Below the pieces are notes generated by a model. It was not told where the DNA came from. It was given only the letters and a program-made list of their open reading frames with translations, and made no database searches. A program made the position numbers and the translations under genes. Positions 18,414 to 27,483 of a stretch of DNA of 64,000 bases are shown piece by piece (position 1 is the stretch's first letter; every line of letters begins with the position of its first letter). Origin of the DNA: an uncultured Alphaproteobacteria bacterium (GTDB taxonomy: Bacteria; Pseudomonadota; Alphaproteobacteria; RF32; CAG-239); the NCBI GenBank assembly GCA_944392155.1, contig CALXVR010000002.1:23748-87747 (forward strand), written 5' to 3'.

Positions 18414-20261
18414 ATGAAAAAACAGCAAAAACTTCTTTATAAAATTATTGTTTCGTCAATTTTGTTTTTCGGTGCTTTTTTCTTTTCGGCGGAGAAAGAA
18501 GTTTTTCGGCTGTTGTGTCTGGTTGCTGCCTATATTATTGTTGGTTTACCAATCTTGCTGAAGGCCATAAAAAATATTGGGCATGGGCAGGTTTTTGATG
18601 AAAACTTTTTGATGTCTTTGGCAACCATCGGTGCTTTTGCCATAGGTGAATATTCAGAAGGCGTGGCGGTGATGTTGTTTTATCAGGTTGGGGAATTGTT
18701 CCAATCTTATGCCGTGGCAAAATCTCGCAAATCTATTGCCGCTTTGATGGATATTCGTCCGGATTATGCCAATATAGAGCAAGAAGGAAAGCTTGTTAAG
18801 GTTGGTCCGGAAGAGGTTAAAGTTAATGATGTCATTGTTATTAATGCCGGTGAAAAAATACCTTTAGATGGTCAAATTATTGAAGGATATTCTTTAATTG
18901 ATACTTCTGCCATTACGGGAGAATCGGTTCCGAGAGAAGCTGCTGTCGGTGATGAGATAATCAGCGGCTGTATTAATTTGAACGGCAGACTTAAGGTTAG
19001 AGTCAGCCGAATCTATGCGCAATCTACCGTTGCCAAGATTTTGGATTTGGTAGAAAATGCAAGCTCTAAAAAAGCCGTGGTAGAGAATTTTATTACGCGT
19101 TTTGCTCGTTATTATACGCCGATTGTGGTCTTTTTGGCTGTTGCCATTGCCGTTTTTCCTCCTTTGTTAATAAAAGAAGCTTTGTGGAGTGATTGGTTTT
19201 ATCGGGCTTTGACATTTTTAGTTATTTCTTGTCCGTGTGCTTTGGTTATTTCTGTACCTTTGAGCTTTTTCGGCGGAATCGGCGCGGCTTCTCGCCAAGG
19301 TATTTTGGTTAAAGGGAGCAATTATTTGGAAGCCCTATCCAAATCCGAAATTGTGGTTTTTGATAAAACCGGAACCTTAACCAAAGGAAGTTTTGAAGTT
19401 TGTAAAGTTAAAGGTTTGGGAATTGATGAGGCAAAATTGCTTGAGTTGGCCGCTTATGCCGGATTTGGGTCAACGCATCCTGTTTCGCAATCTATTCGTA
19501 AAGCTTATGGAAAAGAACCTGATTTTGAAAAAATATCGTCTTATGAGGAGCTCGCCGGAAGAGGTACAAAAGCCATTGTTGACGGGAAAGAAATTTTGCT
19601 TGGCAACAAACGCCTTATGGATGAGTTTAAGATTGATTTTGAGGAAGCAAAAGAAGTCGGAACAATTGTTTATGTGGCGGAAAGCGGCAAATATAAAGGA
19701 TATATTCTTATTGCTGATGAGATAAAAGAAGATGCGTTGTCGGCTATAGCGGCTTTGAAAAAAGCCGGTATAAAGGAAACGGTGATGTTGACGGGCGATA
19801 ATTTTGCCGTGGCTCAAAATGTGGCTGAAAAACTTGGTTTGGATAAATTTTTTGCAAATTTGTTGCCGGCTCAAAAGGTTGAGAAAGTTGAATCTTTGAT
19901 GCGTGAAAAAACACCGGAAGGAAAATTGGTTTTTACGGGAGACGGAATTAATGATGCTCCGGTTTTGGCTCTTTCGGATATCGGTATTGCTATGGGTGGC
20001 GTTGGGTCTGATGCTGCTGTTGAGGCTGCGGACGTTGTGATTATGAATGACGAACCCTCAAAAATTGCACAAGCAATCAGAATCTCAAAGAAAACTTTGA
20101 GGATTGTACGACAAAATATTGTTTTTGCATTGGGTGTTAAATTTTTGGTTTTAGTTATGGGAGCTGAAGGGCTTGCCACAATGTGGGATGCCGTATTTGC
20201 CGATGTCGGTGTTTCGGTCATTGCTATTTTGAATGCTATGCGCGCACTCAAAGCCAAGTAA
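18414..20261 (+). CDS. Heavy-metal translocating P1B-type ATPase (Cd2+/Zn2+ type, CadA/ZntA-like)
   Basis: 615 aa with a CPC membrane motif (VISCPCALV), the phosphorylation site DKTGTLT and the hinge GDGINDAP. Confidence 0.9.
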   Translation: MKKQQKLLYKIIVSSILFFGAFFFSAEKEVFRLLCLVAAYIIVGLPILLKAIKNIGHGQVFDENFLMSLATIGAFAIGEYSEGVAVMLFYQVGELFQSYAVAKSRKSIAALMDIRPDYANIEQEGKLVKVGPEEVKVNDVIVINAGEKIPLDGQIIEGYSLIDTSAITGESVPREAAVGDEIISGCINLNGRLKVRVSRIYAQSTVAKILDLVENASSKKAVVENFITRFARYYTPIVVFLAVAIAVFPPLLIKEALWSDWFYRALTFLVISCPCALVISVPLSFFGGIGAASRQGILVKGSNYLEALSKSEIVVFDKTGTLTKGSFEVCKVKGLGIDEAKLLELAAYAGFGSTHPVSQSIRKAYGKEPDFEKISSYEELAGRGTKAIVDGKEILLGNKRLMDEFKIDFEEAKEVGTIVYVAESGKYKGYILIADEIKEDALSAIAALKKAGIKETVMLTGDNFAVAQNVAEKLGLDKFFANLLPAQKVEKVESLMREKTPEGKLVFTGDGINDAPVLALSDIGIAMGGVGSDAAVEAADVVIMNDEPSKIAQAIRISKKTLRIVRQNIVFALGVKFLVLVMGAEGLATMWDAVFADVGVSVIAILNAMRALKAK

Positions 20262-20263
20262 GG

Positions 20264-20647
20264 TTATAATTTATTTTGAGGACAGTTCATCTCAAAAACA
20301 TCGTCAATCATTTTATGGATGAGCTTAGCTGTTTGGGTCTCGGCCAGTTTATAATAAACTTCTTTACCCGAGCGGCGGTTGATTATCAGCCCTGTTTGGC
20401 GCAAAATACGAAGGTGATGCGAAACGGCCGAAGTGCTCATTCCGACGGCGATTGCAACATTTTGGACGCAAGCTTCACAATGGGCTAACAGCCACAAAAT
20501 CCGTAAGCGTGTGGGGTCGCAGAGTTGTTGAAAAATGTCTGAAGCTTTGTAAAAAGCGTCTTCACTAGGCATCTTATCCAGCAAGGGAGCAATGTTTTCG
20601 CCGTGATTATGAAGAGAATCTGTGTCAGACATTGTGTTTCTTTTCAA
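20264..20647 (-). CDS. ArsR/SmtB family metalloregulator
   Basis: 127 aa with a winged HTH (DPTRLRILWLL...VAIAVGMSTSAVSHHLRILRQTGLI) and a C-x-C (AHCEAC). It is convergent with the ATPase gene. Confidence 0.85.
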   Translation of the reverse strand: MKRNTMSDTDSLHNHGENIAPLLDKMPSEDAFYKASDIFQQLCDPTRLRILWLLAHCEACVQNVAIAVGMSTSAVSHHLRILRQTGLIINRRSGKEVYYKLAETQTAKLIHKMIDDVFEMNCPQNKL

Positions 20648-20708
20648 AAAAAATTAAGGTTAATTCTATTTGTCAGATATATAAGATTTGTATTTTCTTG
20701 TCAATGTG

Positions 20709-21179
20709 TCAGCGCTCGTTCTGAGGTAGGGCATGATCATAAAAAATCTTTAAAAAGGCTACAAAACTATCGCATTCTAAAATCGGGCGTAAGTTTATTC
20801 GGTCCGTGATTGTGTAAACTTTTTCTGCTTCATTATATAATAATAGATTTTCCGAAATTCGTCCGATGACAAGTTTATGAATAAAATAGTCATAACTTAA
20901 GTAGTATTCATTTACCGTAATCAGGTTAGGAAATGTGTATTCTTTTTCTTCTCGATAATGAGGCATGGTTCCGTAAAATTCTATACCATTGATTATTAGT
21001 CCGTCGCTTAGTTTTAGAAAATTGCGGTATTCGTCCGGAATGGAAGCAAATTTACGATTTGTCAGCTCCATATTAATTTTATTTAGGTTACTTTCTACAG
21101 CCGGTTCGAAAAAAGTGTTTCCGGTGATTTGGCGAAAGTGATTTAAGTAACGGCTAATCATGATAGAATTTTCCCTCAA
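20709..21179 (-). CDS. SUKH (SMI1/KNR4) family immunity-type protein
   Basis: 156 aa (or 150 aa from Met7). The pattern IPDEYRNFLKLSDGLIINGIEFYG ... LVIGRISENLLLYNEAEKVYTITD ... SFVAFL matches the SMI1_KNR4 signature. It overlaps the upstream nuclease-like ORF. Confidence 0.65.
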   Translation of the reverse strand: MRENSIMISRYLNHFRQITGNTFFEPAVESNLNKINMELTNRKFASIPDEYRNFLKLSDGLIINGIEFYGTMPHYREEKEYTFPNLITVNEYYLSYDYFIHKLVIGRISENLLLYNEAEKVYTITDRINLRPILECDSFVAFLKIFYDHALPQNER

Positions 21180-21780
21180 ACCAAGGTAAAAAGATTTTTT
21201 TGTGAATTCTTAAAAAATTGTTTTCAATTTGCATATCAATAATTTGGTGTATGTTATCATGATATGGATGCGTTTTTATCAAACTGAAATTTTCGAACTC
21301 AGCTAATCCTCCGAAGTCGGCAGGGATTTTGAGATGAATGTTAAAATTTTCAGGGGCAAAACCATTTTGCAAGCAAATGATATCTTCTTCTGTTAGTCCG
21401 GCTTTGAGGCATTCATTTTGTTCTGAATAGCCGATAAGTTTGAAAAAGCGAGCTCTGAGATTATAATAACGGTCAAAGGCTCTGTTCATTTCTTGCCAAG
21501 ATTGAGGAGCGTATTCTTTTTCAATAATTTTGGTCTTTTGGGGAAGTCTTAAGTCTGAAATCTTTTTTTTGACGAGATTATAAACTTCTTCCGGTTCCGG
21601 GGATATTATTTTTTCGTTTTCTGGGGTGTCGGCAATTTGGATGTTTTTGATGCGGTTGCGGTAAGAGGAATAGCTCTTACCAATCAGGTCATTATAGGCA
21701 GAGAGAAGCGATGCGGAGTTTTTTTTGGTTTTCTCCGGTGAGGGAGTGTTGTTTTTTTGTTTGTTTGACCATTCCCACAT
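21154..21780 (-). CDS. Putative HNH/EndoVII-fold (beta-beta-alpha-metal) nuclease-like protein, toxin candidate
   Basis: 208 aa. C-terminal NFNIHLKIPADFGGLAEFENFSLIKTHPYHDNIH aligns with LNVHHKIAV...FKNLCLIIEPYHFFAH of the 599-aa ORF (H-H/L ... N ... H-x3-H). It is followed by a SUKH gene. Confidence 0.5.
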   Translation of the reverse strand: MWEWSNKQKNNTPSPEKTKKNSASLLSAYNDLIGKSYSSYRNRIKNIQIADTPENEKIISPEPEEVYNLVKKKISDLRLPQKTKIIEKEYAPQSWQEMNRAFDRYYNLRARFFKLIGYSEQNECLKAGLTEEDIICLQNGFAPENFNIHLKIPADFGGLAEFENFSLIKTHPYHDNIHQIIDMQIENNFLRIHKKIFLPWFEGKFYHD

Positions 21781-21795
21781 CGCTGTACTCTGTCA

Positions 21796-24021
21796 TTATT
21801 GGTTGTTTGTGGTATCCTCATCTTCCTCATCAAACTCGTCATCGCCTTCGTCTGCTTCAGGGTCGTAGTCTATGCCAAGTTTGGACAACATATCTTCATT
21901 GATATCTTCTCGCTGAGCAACAATCCAATCCGGAACATAGGGCGAGGGAGGAAGAGCAGCCAATTTTTTCATTGTGGAATCTAGGAACCAACGTGGGGAA
22001 TCAGCCATAATCGGACGGTCGATGAAACCTTGCATTAAAACAACTTGCTTGAGCATAGGTAAGCTCAAAAGTTGCGTGGTGCTGATAACCGAAGTTCCCT
22101 GGAGCTGGTAAGAAACGTTTTTGGCAAATGGGTTGGCACTTTTGCCCAAAGCACCTTCGTTCTTAGAGTAAGATGTGGTTTGAACCGTTTTGTTACCAAT
22201 CATTTTAGAGAAACGTTGGGCTGTTTGTTCGTTGTTTTGAGATAAGATGATTTTGCAAGCGGTTGTTGAAATAACCGTTTCCAAGTCATCCTTACCATAT
22301 TTACCGGAAATTTGGCCTAAGTCTTGTCCAATCAGCAAATATGAAACTTTTTGACCACGACCAACTGCAGGTCCATCAATAATGGCTTTGAGTTTCGGCA
22401 TTTGCGGAAACTCGTCCAATACGAACAAACAAGGGAAGGGTCCCATTTGACCGTCGGTCTTGTTTACAAATTTTGGCGGGTTGGCAATCAGGTAAGAGGA
22501 CATTAGCTCAATGAATGTTCCCGAAATAACACCCAAGGCGCGTGCATCAACCTGGTTAACCGACAGATAAACCGAAATTGGCTTCCATTCACCCGTAATC
22601 GGGTCTTTCATACCGCGTAAGTCTTTGAACTGTAAGTCTGAGAAACTGGTACGCGAAACAACAGCCGAGTTTTTAAAAATACCAATACCGGCAAAACCTG
22701 TTGATAATACGGAGCCGCGCTCTTTATCCGGCATGGAAGATAGTTGGCTTAATTCCGTAATACAACGCGGAGAGTAGCCAAAACGTCTGGCTTCATCAAC
22801 GGCTTCTTCCAACATGGTGCGCATGGGATCTGACATGGCAGCCATTTGGTCGCCTTCTTCGATACGGCGCTTAATGTCTTGCGCTTGTTTGATTTGGGCT
22901 TCGGTAATCCATTCCAAAATCATAGCTAAGCAAGATTCGTGTCCAATCCATTTTTCCGGTAATAACTGCCATGTACCAATCGGCAAATAGTTGTCTATGG
23001 TGATGTTGTCATTTCTAAGATTCTGGATGGCACGAGCCGACATCGGATCGCGCATATCCAAATAATAACCTTCCAGAACACGTTTATCTTCTTCATCCAA
23101 TTTGCCTTCGTAAATGCGTCCGATGAAGTAGTCGTTGGCACGGGCGCGTTCACATTTTGAGGCAATAAAGTGGATGAAGCCTGTTAAGGCCGCACGACCG
23201 GTTTTTGACCAGTGCGGGTCTGCGCCGCCTTTAGGGTCTTCAACCAGAATATTGCACATGGAATCGACATACATGTCTCGGTCAGGTCCGGGGGCGGGTA
23301 AAGCGTTTGGCGACAGCGGATTCCAGCTTGGATAATAAACACCTTCTGCCGGATTGTCTTCCGCACCCCAGTTGATTACGAAAACAGGTCCGTCTTTGGC
23401 TCTGGCGCCGGTTGTGGAGTAGCACAATTCCGGTTTAGGGTCGTTAACGACAATACTTAGTCCATGAGAGTTAAAAATTGTCGGAATAACGACACCAACG
23501 GTTTTACCTGTTCCCGGAGGTGCGCAGCACAGGGTGGACAAGGTTTCTTTTAACATCAGCAGGCGACCTTTGTATTTGCCTACGACCATGCAAAAACCAT
23601 CAAATAACCCCATCTTCTTGATATCTTTATATTCGGCAATGCGCGCAGAGCCATGAATGTTTGATTGAAAACGATAGGGGTTTGTTGCCGCGCCTATGAT
23701 TAGACCGGCAGGAAGAGATATTATTGGTAAAATGGGCAACCATAAACTAACAGAGAAACTTCCGTGGTATGCCGAAAGCTGGCGAAACCAGTTCCAGTAG
23801 CGTGAAAAAAGATAGGAGGGGTTATTGAAAACCGTTGAGATAAATTTGCCGACATCATTAAGAGAATCTTTAGATATACCTGTACCTATCAGATATCCTA
23901 AGGGCATGGAAATAATTGCCAGAGCTATTGTTACTATAAGTGTGATGACTACGGTCATGACCATCCATTGGACGGCATGATCATATTCTTCCCATTCTTC
24001 ACCTCTTTTTTGTAATGCCAT
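21796..24021 (-). CDS. Type IV secretion coupling protein (VirD4/TraG family ATPase)
   Basis: 741 aa with N-terminal TM helices, Walker A CCAPPGTGKTVGVVIPT followed by SIVVNDPKPEL, and Walker B LFVLDEFPQM. It has an acidic C-terminal tail (EADEGDDEFDEEDED). Confidence 0.8.
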   Translation of the reverse strand: MALQKRGEEWEEYDHAVQWMVMTVVITLIVTIALAIISMPLGYLIGTGISKDSLNDVGKFISTVFNNPSYLFSRYWNWFRQLSAYHGSFSVSLWLPILPIISLPAGLIIGAATNPYRFQSNIHGSARIAEYKDIKKMGLFDGFCMVVGKYKGRLLMLKETLSTLCCAPPGTGKTVGVVIPTIFNSHGLSIVVNDPKPELCYSTTGARAKDGPVFVINWGAEDNPAEGVYYPSWNPLSPNALPAPGPDRDMYVDSMCNILVEDPKGGADPHWSKTGRAALTGFIHFIASKCERARANDYFIGRIYEGKLDEEDKRVLEGYYLDMRDPMSARAIQNLRNDNITIDNYLPIGTWQLLPEKWIGHESCLAMILEWITEAQIKQAQDIKRRIEEGDQMAAMSDPMRTMLEEAVDEARRFGYSPRCITELSQLSSMPDKERGSVLSTGFAGIGIFKNSAVVSRTSFSDLQFKDLRGMKDPITGEWKPISVYLSVNQVDARALGVISGTFIELMSSYLIANPPKFVNKTDGQMGPFPCLFVLDEFPQMPKLKAIIDGPAVGRGQKVSYLLIGQDLGQISGKYGKDDLETVISTTACKIILSQNNEQTAQRFSKMIGNKTVQTTSYSKNEGALGKSANPFAKNVSYQLQGTSVISTTQLLSLPMLKQVVLMQGFIDRPIMADSPRWFLDSTMKKLAALPPSPYVPDWIVAQREDINEDMLSKLGIDYDPEADEGDDEFDEEDEDTTNNQ

Positions 24022-24052
24022 TTTTTCTTTATACCTATTTTTTTTTATGTTG

Positions 24053-25333
24053 TTATGCGATGCTTCGAATAAGTTTCTTTATTTTTTCAAATTTTTCTTT
24101 TTCAATGTGAGCCGATGCTTCTTCCAAGGTCTTTGAGAACAACTTTAGTTCTTTTGGTGTGCCTCTGTCAATTCTGGTTACGGATATGTTCAAATCATCC
24201 CAGGTTTCAAACATATCTTCCGCGTTGATAATATTGCCGATTTGGACAACGACAAAAGCTTTAATATCAAAATTCATATCAGATTCTGATAGTTTGTCGG
24301 CTAATACTTTGCGAGCAATATCAACTTTTCTGACGGGAGAGATGCGGTGGCTGCTTTCCGAAAACCACAAAGGTTCTTCATCGTTGAAACGTTCTTCATC
24401 GGCAAGCCAGTCTCCAGGTTCCTTGTCTAATAAGCAAAGGACAATTTGTTTATCTGAAACACCGATGAAGTCGATGACGCTGTTTTTGATTGTGGCGGTT
24501 GTTATGACCTCATAGCCTTTTTGTTTTAGAACATCAAGACTGGAGTTTCCTGCGGAACGTGTTTGCGGAGCCGGTGCTGCATTGTTTTTAGCAGGAGGAG
24601 TTTTTTTGTCGCGATTGTTTTCGCGATTTTTATTTTTGTTTTGAGGTGTTTTGCTATTATTTTCTGCCGGTTTTTCCTCTTTTTGCGGTTCGGCCGGTTT
24701 TTCATCATTGAACGTCTTGTCAAAGGAGTCAAAGTCAAAATCAAAATCGTCATCCGCATCATCATCAAACTTAAATAGATTGTGTTCAAAGGTTGCCGGG
24801 GCTGCCGGTTCATCTTTTTTGATTGGAGCAGGTTTGCTTGGAGCTACGGGCTTGGCAGCATTGCTTAGTATTGACGGACGTACGGGGTCGTTATAATCCG
24901 TAATGGGAGCACGTGTTCCGCGAGGACGAATTTCTTTATATGATTTTTTCTTTTTTATATTTGGGCCTGTCGCTGTTTTGGCAATGATTTTAACGGGTTT
25001 GTAAAATAAATTGCGAAAGGCTTTTATCGGGAAAGTTATAATATTTAAAAATATTTTACCCCAAGGAATTAAGCTTAGAGCAGCCCAACCCGTCAGCCAT
25101 AGAGGGATAAAAGTAAGGATAATGAGCACAAAGGCCCATTCTTTGGGGTCATCAATGACCCAGCCGTCATTCCATTTGTTCCAAGCATAGAGCCAGTGGT
25201 CGTTGTTGAAAATGTCAAAACGCCAGTTTCGGAGCATAATGACCCTTATGCCTTCCAGAAAAAAGATACTCCAGAAGCATCCGACAAAAATGATTCTTGT
25301 TAAGATGAGTAAGGGTTTCAAGTTGTTCTCCAA
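24053..25333 (-). CDS. Membrane protein: N-terminal 3-TM domain paralogous to the 164-aa ORF, a disordered acidic/K-P-rich linker and a C-terminal NERD-like domain
   Basis: 426 aa. The N-terminus aligns with ORF 25411..25905 (W-x-FDI-x-N...IPLW..GW). The C-terminus VIDFIGVSDKQIVLCLLDKEPGDW...ISPVRK...FVVV resembles a NERD/restriction-endonuclease-like fold. Confidence 0.5.
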   Translation of the reverse strand: MENNLKPLLILTRIIFVGCFWSIFFLEGIRVIMLRNWRFDIFNNDHWLYAWNKWNDGWVIDDPKEWAFVLIILTFIPLWLTGWAALSLIPWGKIFLNIITFPIKAFRNLFYKPVKIIAKTATGPNIKKKKSYKEIRPRGTRAPITDYNDPVRPSILSNAAKPVAPSKPAPIKKDEPAAPATFEHNLFKFDDDADDDFDFDFDSFDKTFNDEKPAEPQKEEKPAENNSKTPQNKNKNRENNRDKKTPPAKNNAAPAPQTRSAGNSSLDVLKQKGYEVITTATIKNSVIDFIGVSDKQIVLCLLDKEPGDWLADEERFNDEEPLWFSESSHRISPVRKVDIARKVLADKLSESDMNFDIKAFVVVQIGNIINAEDMFETWDDLNISVTRIDRGTPKELKLFSKTLEEASAHIEKEKFEKIKKLIRSIA

Positions 25334-25410
25334 TTTTTATCTGCTTGGAGCAGATTATTCCGTATATTACGAATATTACTCCGTAATTAGTTAAAAAGTG
25401 TTTAGTAATT

Positions 25411-25905
25411 TTATTTTTGCTCGGAAGCAGATATTTTCTCATGAATTGATTGTCGGATTTTTCCTGTTTCTTTTTCACGAGGTTTTGTGCTTTCTTTTAG
25501 TCTTTTTTCTATTATCTCTTCCATATTGGGTTTGTTTTTGGTTGTTCCCATATTTTTTAGAACAATGCGTTTGGTATTTTCGCCGTATTTTTTTATCATA
25601 CGGTTATTGTACCAAGTTATCGGGAACAGCAATACTTTGATAAAATTTACTCGATAAAAATATCTCCAGCCCCAGAACCATAGAGGGATAAGTGAAAGAA
25701 GCATAAATATAAAAATATAGTCTTTGCCTGTTTTTATTTTGCCTCCGCTTTCCCAAAAAGCGTCTATAACCTGCCAGTCTCGTGTATTTAGAATATCAAA
25801 ATTCCAAAGATAAATCATAATATTTTCTGCCAGATAAGCAAAAATGACAGTCCATATTGTTCCGACAACCAGAGCTTTAAGAAACTTGAAGATTTTTTTT
25901 ATCAT
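25411..25905 (-). CDS. Small membrane protein, paralog of the N-terminal domain of ORF 24053..25333
   Basis: 164 aa with 3 TM helices and a basic C-terminal tail. It overlaps the upstream 499-aa ORF by 4 nt (ATGA). Confidence 0.55.
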   Translation of the reverse strand: MIKKIFKFLKALVVGTIWTVIFAYLAENIMIYLWNFDILNTRDWQVIDAFWESGGKIKTGKDYIFIFMLLSLIPLWFWGWRYFYRVNFIKVLLFPITWYNNRMIKKYGENTKRIVLKNMGTTKNKPNMEEIIEKRLKESTKPREKETGKIRQSIHEKISASEQK

Positions 25906-27401
25906 CTACCGTCGCCTCCCATCATATGGCGGCCTAAAGTGGCTGGACCTGATAAGGTGTCCGCCATGCGTTGGTTGCGTTCGGTGGTTCGTATCTGATC
26001 TTGTGTGCGGTTGTAAATACGGGTGAACTCATCCATATTTTCTGTTGTCAGGCCGAGTTTTTGCTTGAGCAAGGCAACACGGCTGCGGTTTTGGTTGTTT
26101 TGATCTTTTTGTATCAGGATTGCCGCAAAAGATTGGTTAAGCTGCTCTTGAGTTAGGTTGGCTCCTTTGTCAAAATTCATGTCGGCAACGGCGGCTTCAT
26201 ACATTCCGCGCTTTTGTCCTTTTTCCGGAGTGGCTACGGTTTTGAGCTCATCACTCATTTTAACGACATAAGCGGCTAAATCACTATTGGTTTTTTTGCC
26301 CTTTTCTGAAAATTGACCTTTTTCTATGGTTTTGTAAGATGCATCCAGAGCATTTTTAGACAGATTAAAGAGTTTTTCCGCAACTTTCATCGGGTCTTCA
26401 CCGCGTTTGGCGGCTTCGTCCATCCTTCTGGCAAAGAGCTGCATGGCGTGTGCTTTTTGTTTGTCGAATTCTGTATTTAAGTTTTTGCCCTGATAATAGT
26501 CTTTGTTGCCAGCCAGGTCTAACGTCATGCCAGCTTGAGCATAATTTGATGCAAATTGCTCGGCCATTCGCACGTTGTTATAAAAGTTTTTGATACCCTG
26601 TTCAGAAATTTTGAAGAATTGTTCTTTTTCTTTATCGCTCATATTTTGTAACAGAACTTTTGTTGTGTCTGAAACTTTGGCTTCATTATATTTTCCTTCT
26701 TTAAGAAGACGAAGGTTTTGGAGCTGGGCGTCTTCGTGCTTTTGAACAGCATCCATATTAGCCTGACCTTTGGATATGGCTTGTTTGGCTATTTGCTCGT
26801 GACGAGCTTCCGTATCGTAGGTTCTGTTGTTTTCGAGACGTTTTTCAGCTATGCGGTCAAGAACTTTTTTCTGTGCCCAATAAAATCCTTTATCTATTTT
26901 AGCGGCCGATTTACACCAAAGCCAGTTGGCTCCGGCTAAAAGCCAGTCTTCATACATATATTTGATAACGTCTTTTTCTTTAAAAGGACCGTTCTTTTCC
27001 GGATCAGGATCTTGGTTTTCATCTCCTTCTTTTGCTCCGAAATCGCCAATTTTTTTGTCGGTTGTTTCATTCTTTTTTTTGTTTTCACCGTCTAAAATGG
27101 CTTTTTCACTGACTGAGAGCAAACCTCTTTTGTTTTTTTCTTCCAAAATATTGAGGTAATCTTGTTGTTCGCTGACTGATAAGGTATCAAAAGAAGTGTT
27201 CTCGCTAATCGTAGCGGTATTTTCAGAGCCGTTGTTTTCACTGACGGTGGCTGTGTTTTCATCAGAGTTTTGTTGTTGCTGGGGAGAAACCTCGCTTATT
27301 CTGGCTGTGGGCTCCGGTTCTGTACGCGGGCGAGCTTCCGGGCGCTGTGGGGTAATTGGCGTCTGGGTTGTAGGTTGGGGAGTATTTTGATTGTCAGCCA
27401 T
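25902..27401 (-). CDS. Hypothetical protein: disordered T/P/Q/E-rich N-terminus with an imperfect tandem repeat, then an all-helical body
   Basis: 499 aa. ENTATVSENNGS/ENTATISENTS is a tandem repeat. No recognised motif. Confidence 0.55.
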   Translation of the reverse strand: MADNQNTPQPTTQTPITPQRPEARPRTEPEPTARISEVSPQQQQNSDENTATVSENNGSENTATISENTSFDTLSVSEQQDYLNILEEKNKRGLLSVSEKAILDGENKKKNETTDKKIGDFGAKEGDENQDPDPEKNGPFKEKDVIKYMYEDWLLAGANWLWCKSAAKIDKGFYWAQKKVLDRIAEKRLENNRTYDTEARHEQIAKQAISKGQANMDAVQKHEDAQLQNLRLLKEGKYNEAKVSDTTKVLLQNMSDKEKEQFFKISEQGIKNFYNNVRMAEQFASNYAQAGMTLDLAGNKDYYQGKNLNTEFDKQKAHAMQLFARRMDEAAKRGEDPMKVAEKLFNLSKNALDASYKTIEKGQFSEKGKKTNSDLAAYVVKMSDELKTVATPEKGQKRGMYEAAVADMNFDKGANLTQEQLNQSFAAILIQKDQNNQNRSRVALLKQKLGLTTENMDEFTRIYNRTQDQIRTTERNQRMADTLSGPATLGRHMMGGDGR

Positions 27402-27483
27402 TGTTTTTGTCCTATCAGTCTTTTTTTATTACTACATATTCTAGCATTAAAAATCTTTTTTGTCTATATTTATTATATTTTCG

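Noticed and set aside
24526-24896. Several overlapping 71-95-aa ORFs in both strands within the 426-aa gene.
   Set aside because: They fall in the low-complexity linker-coding region (K/P/A/D/E-rich). They are alternative-frame artefacts.
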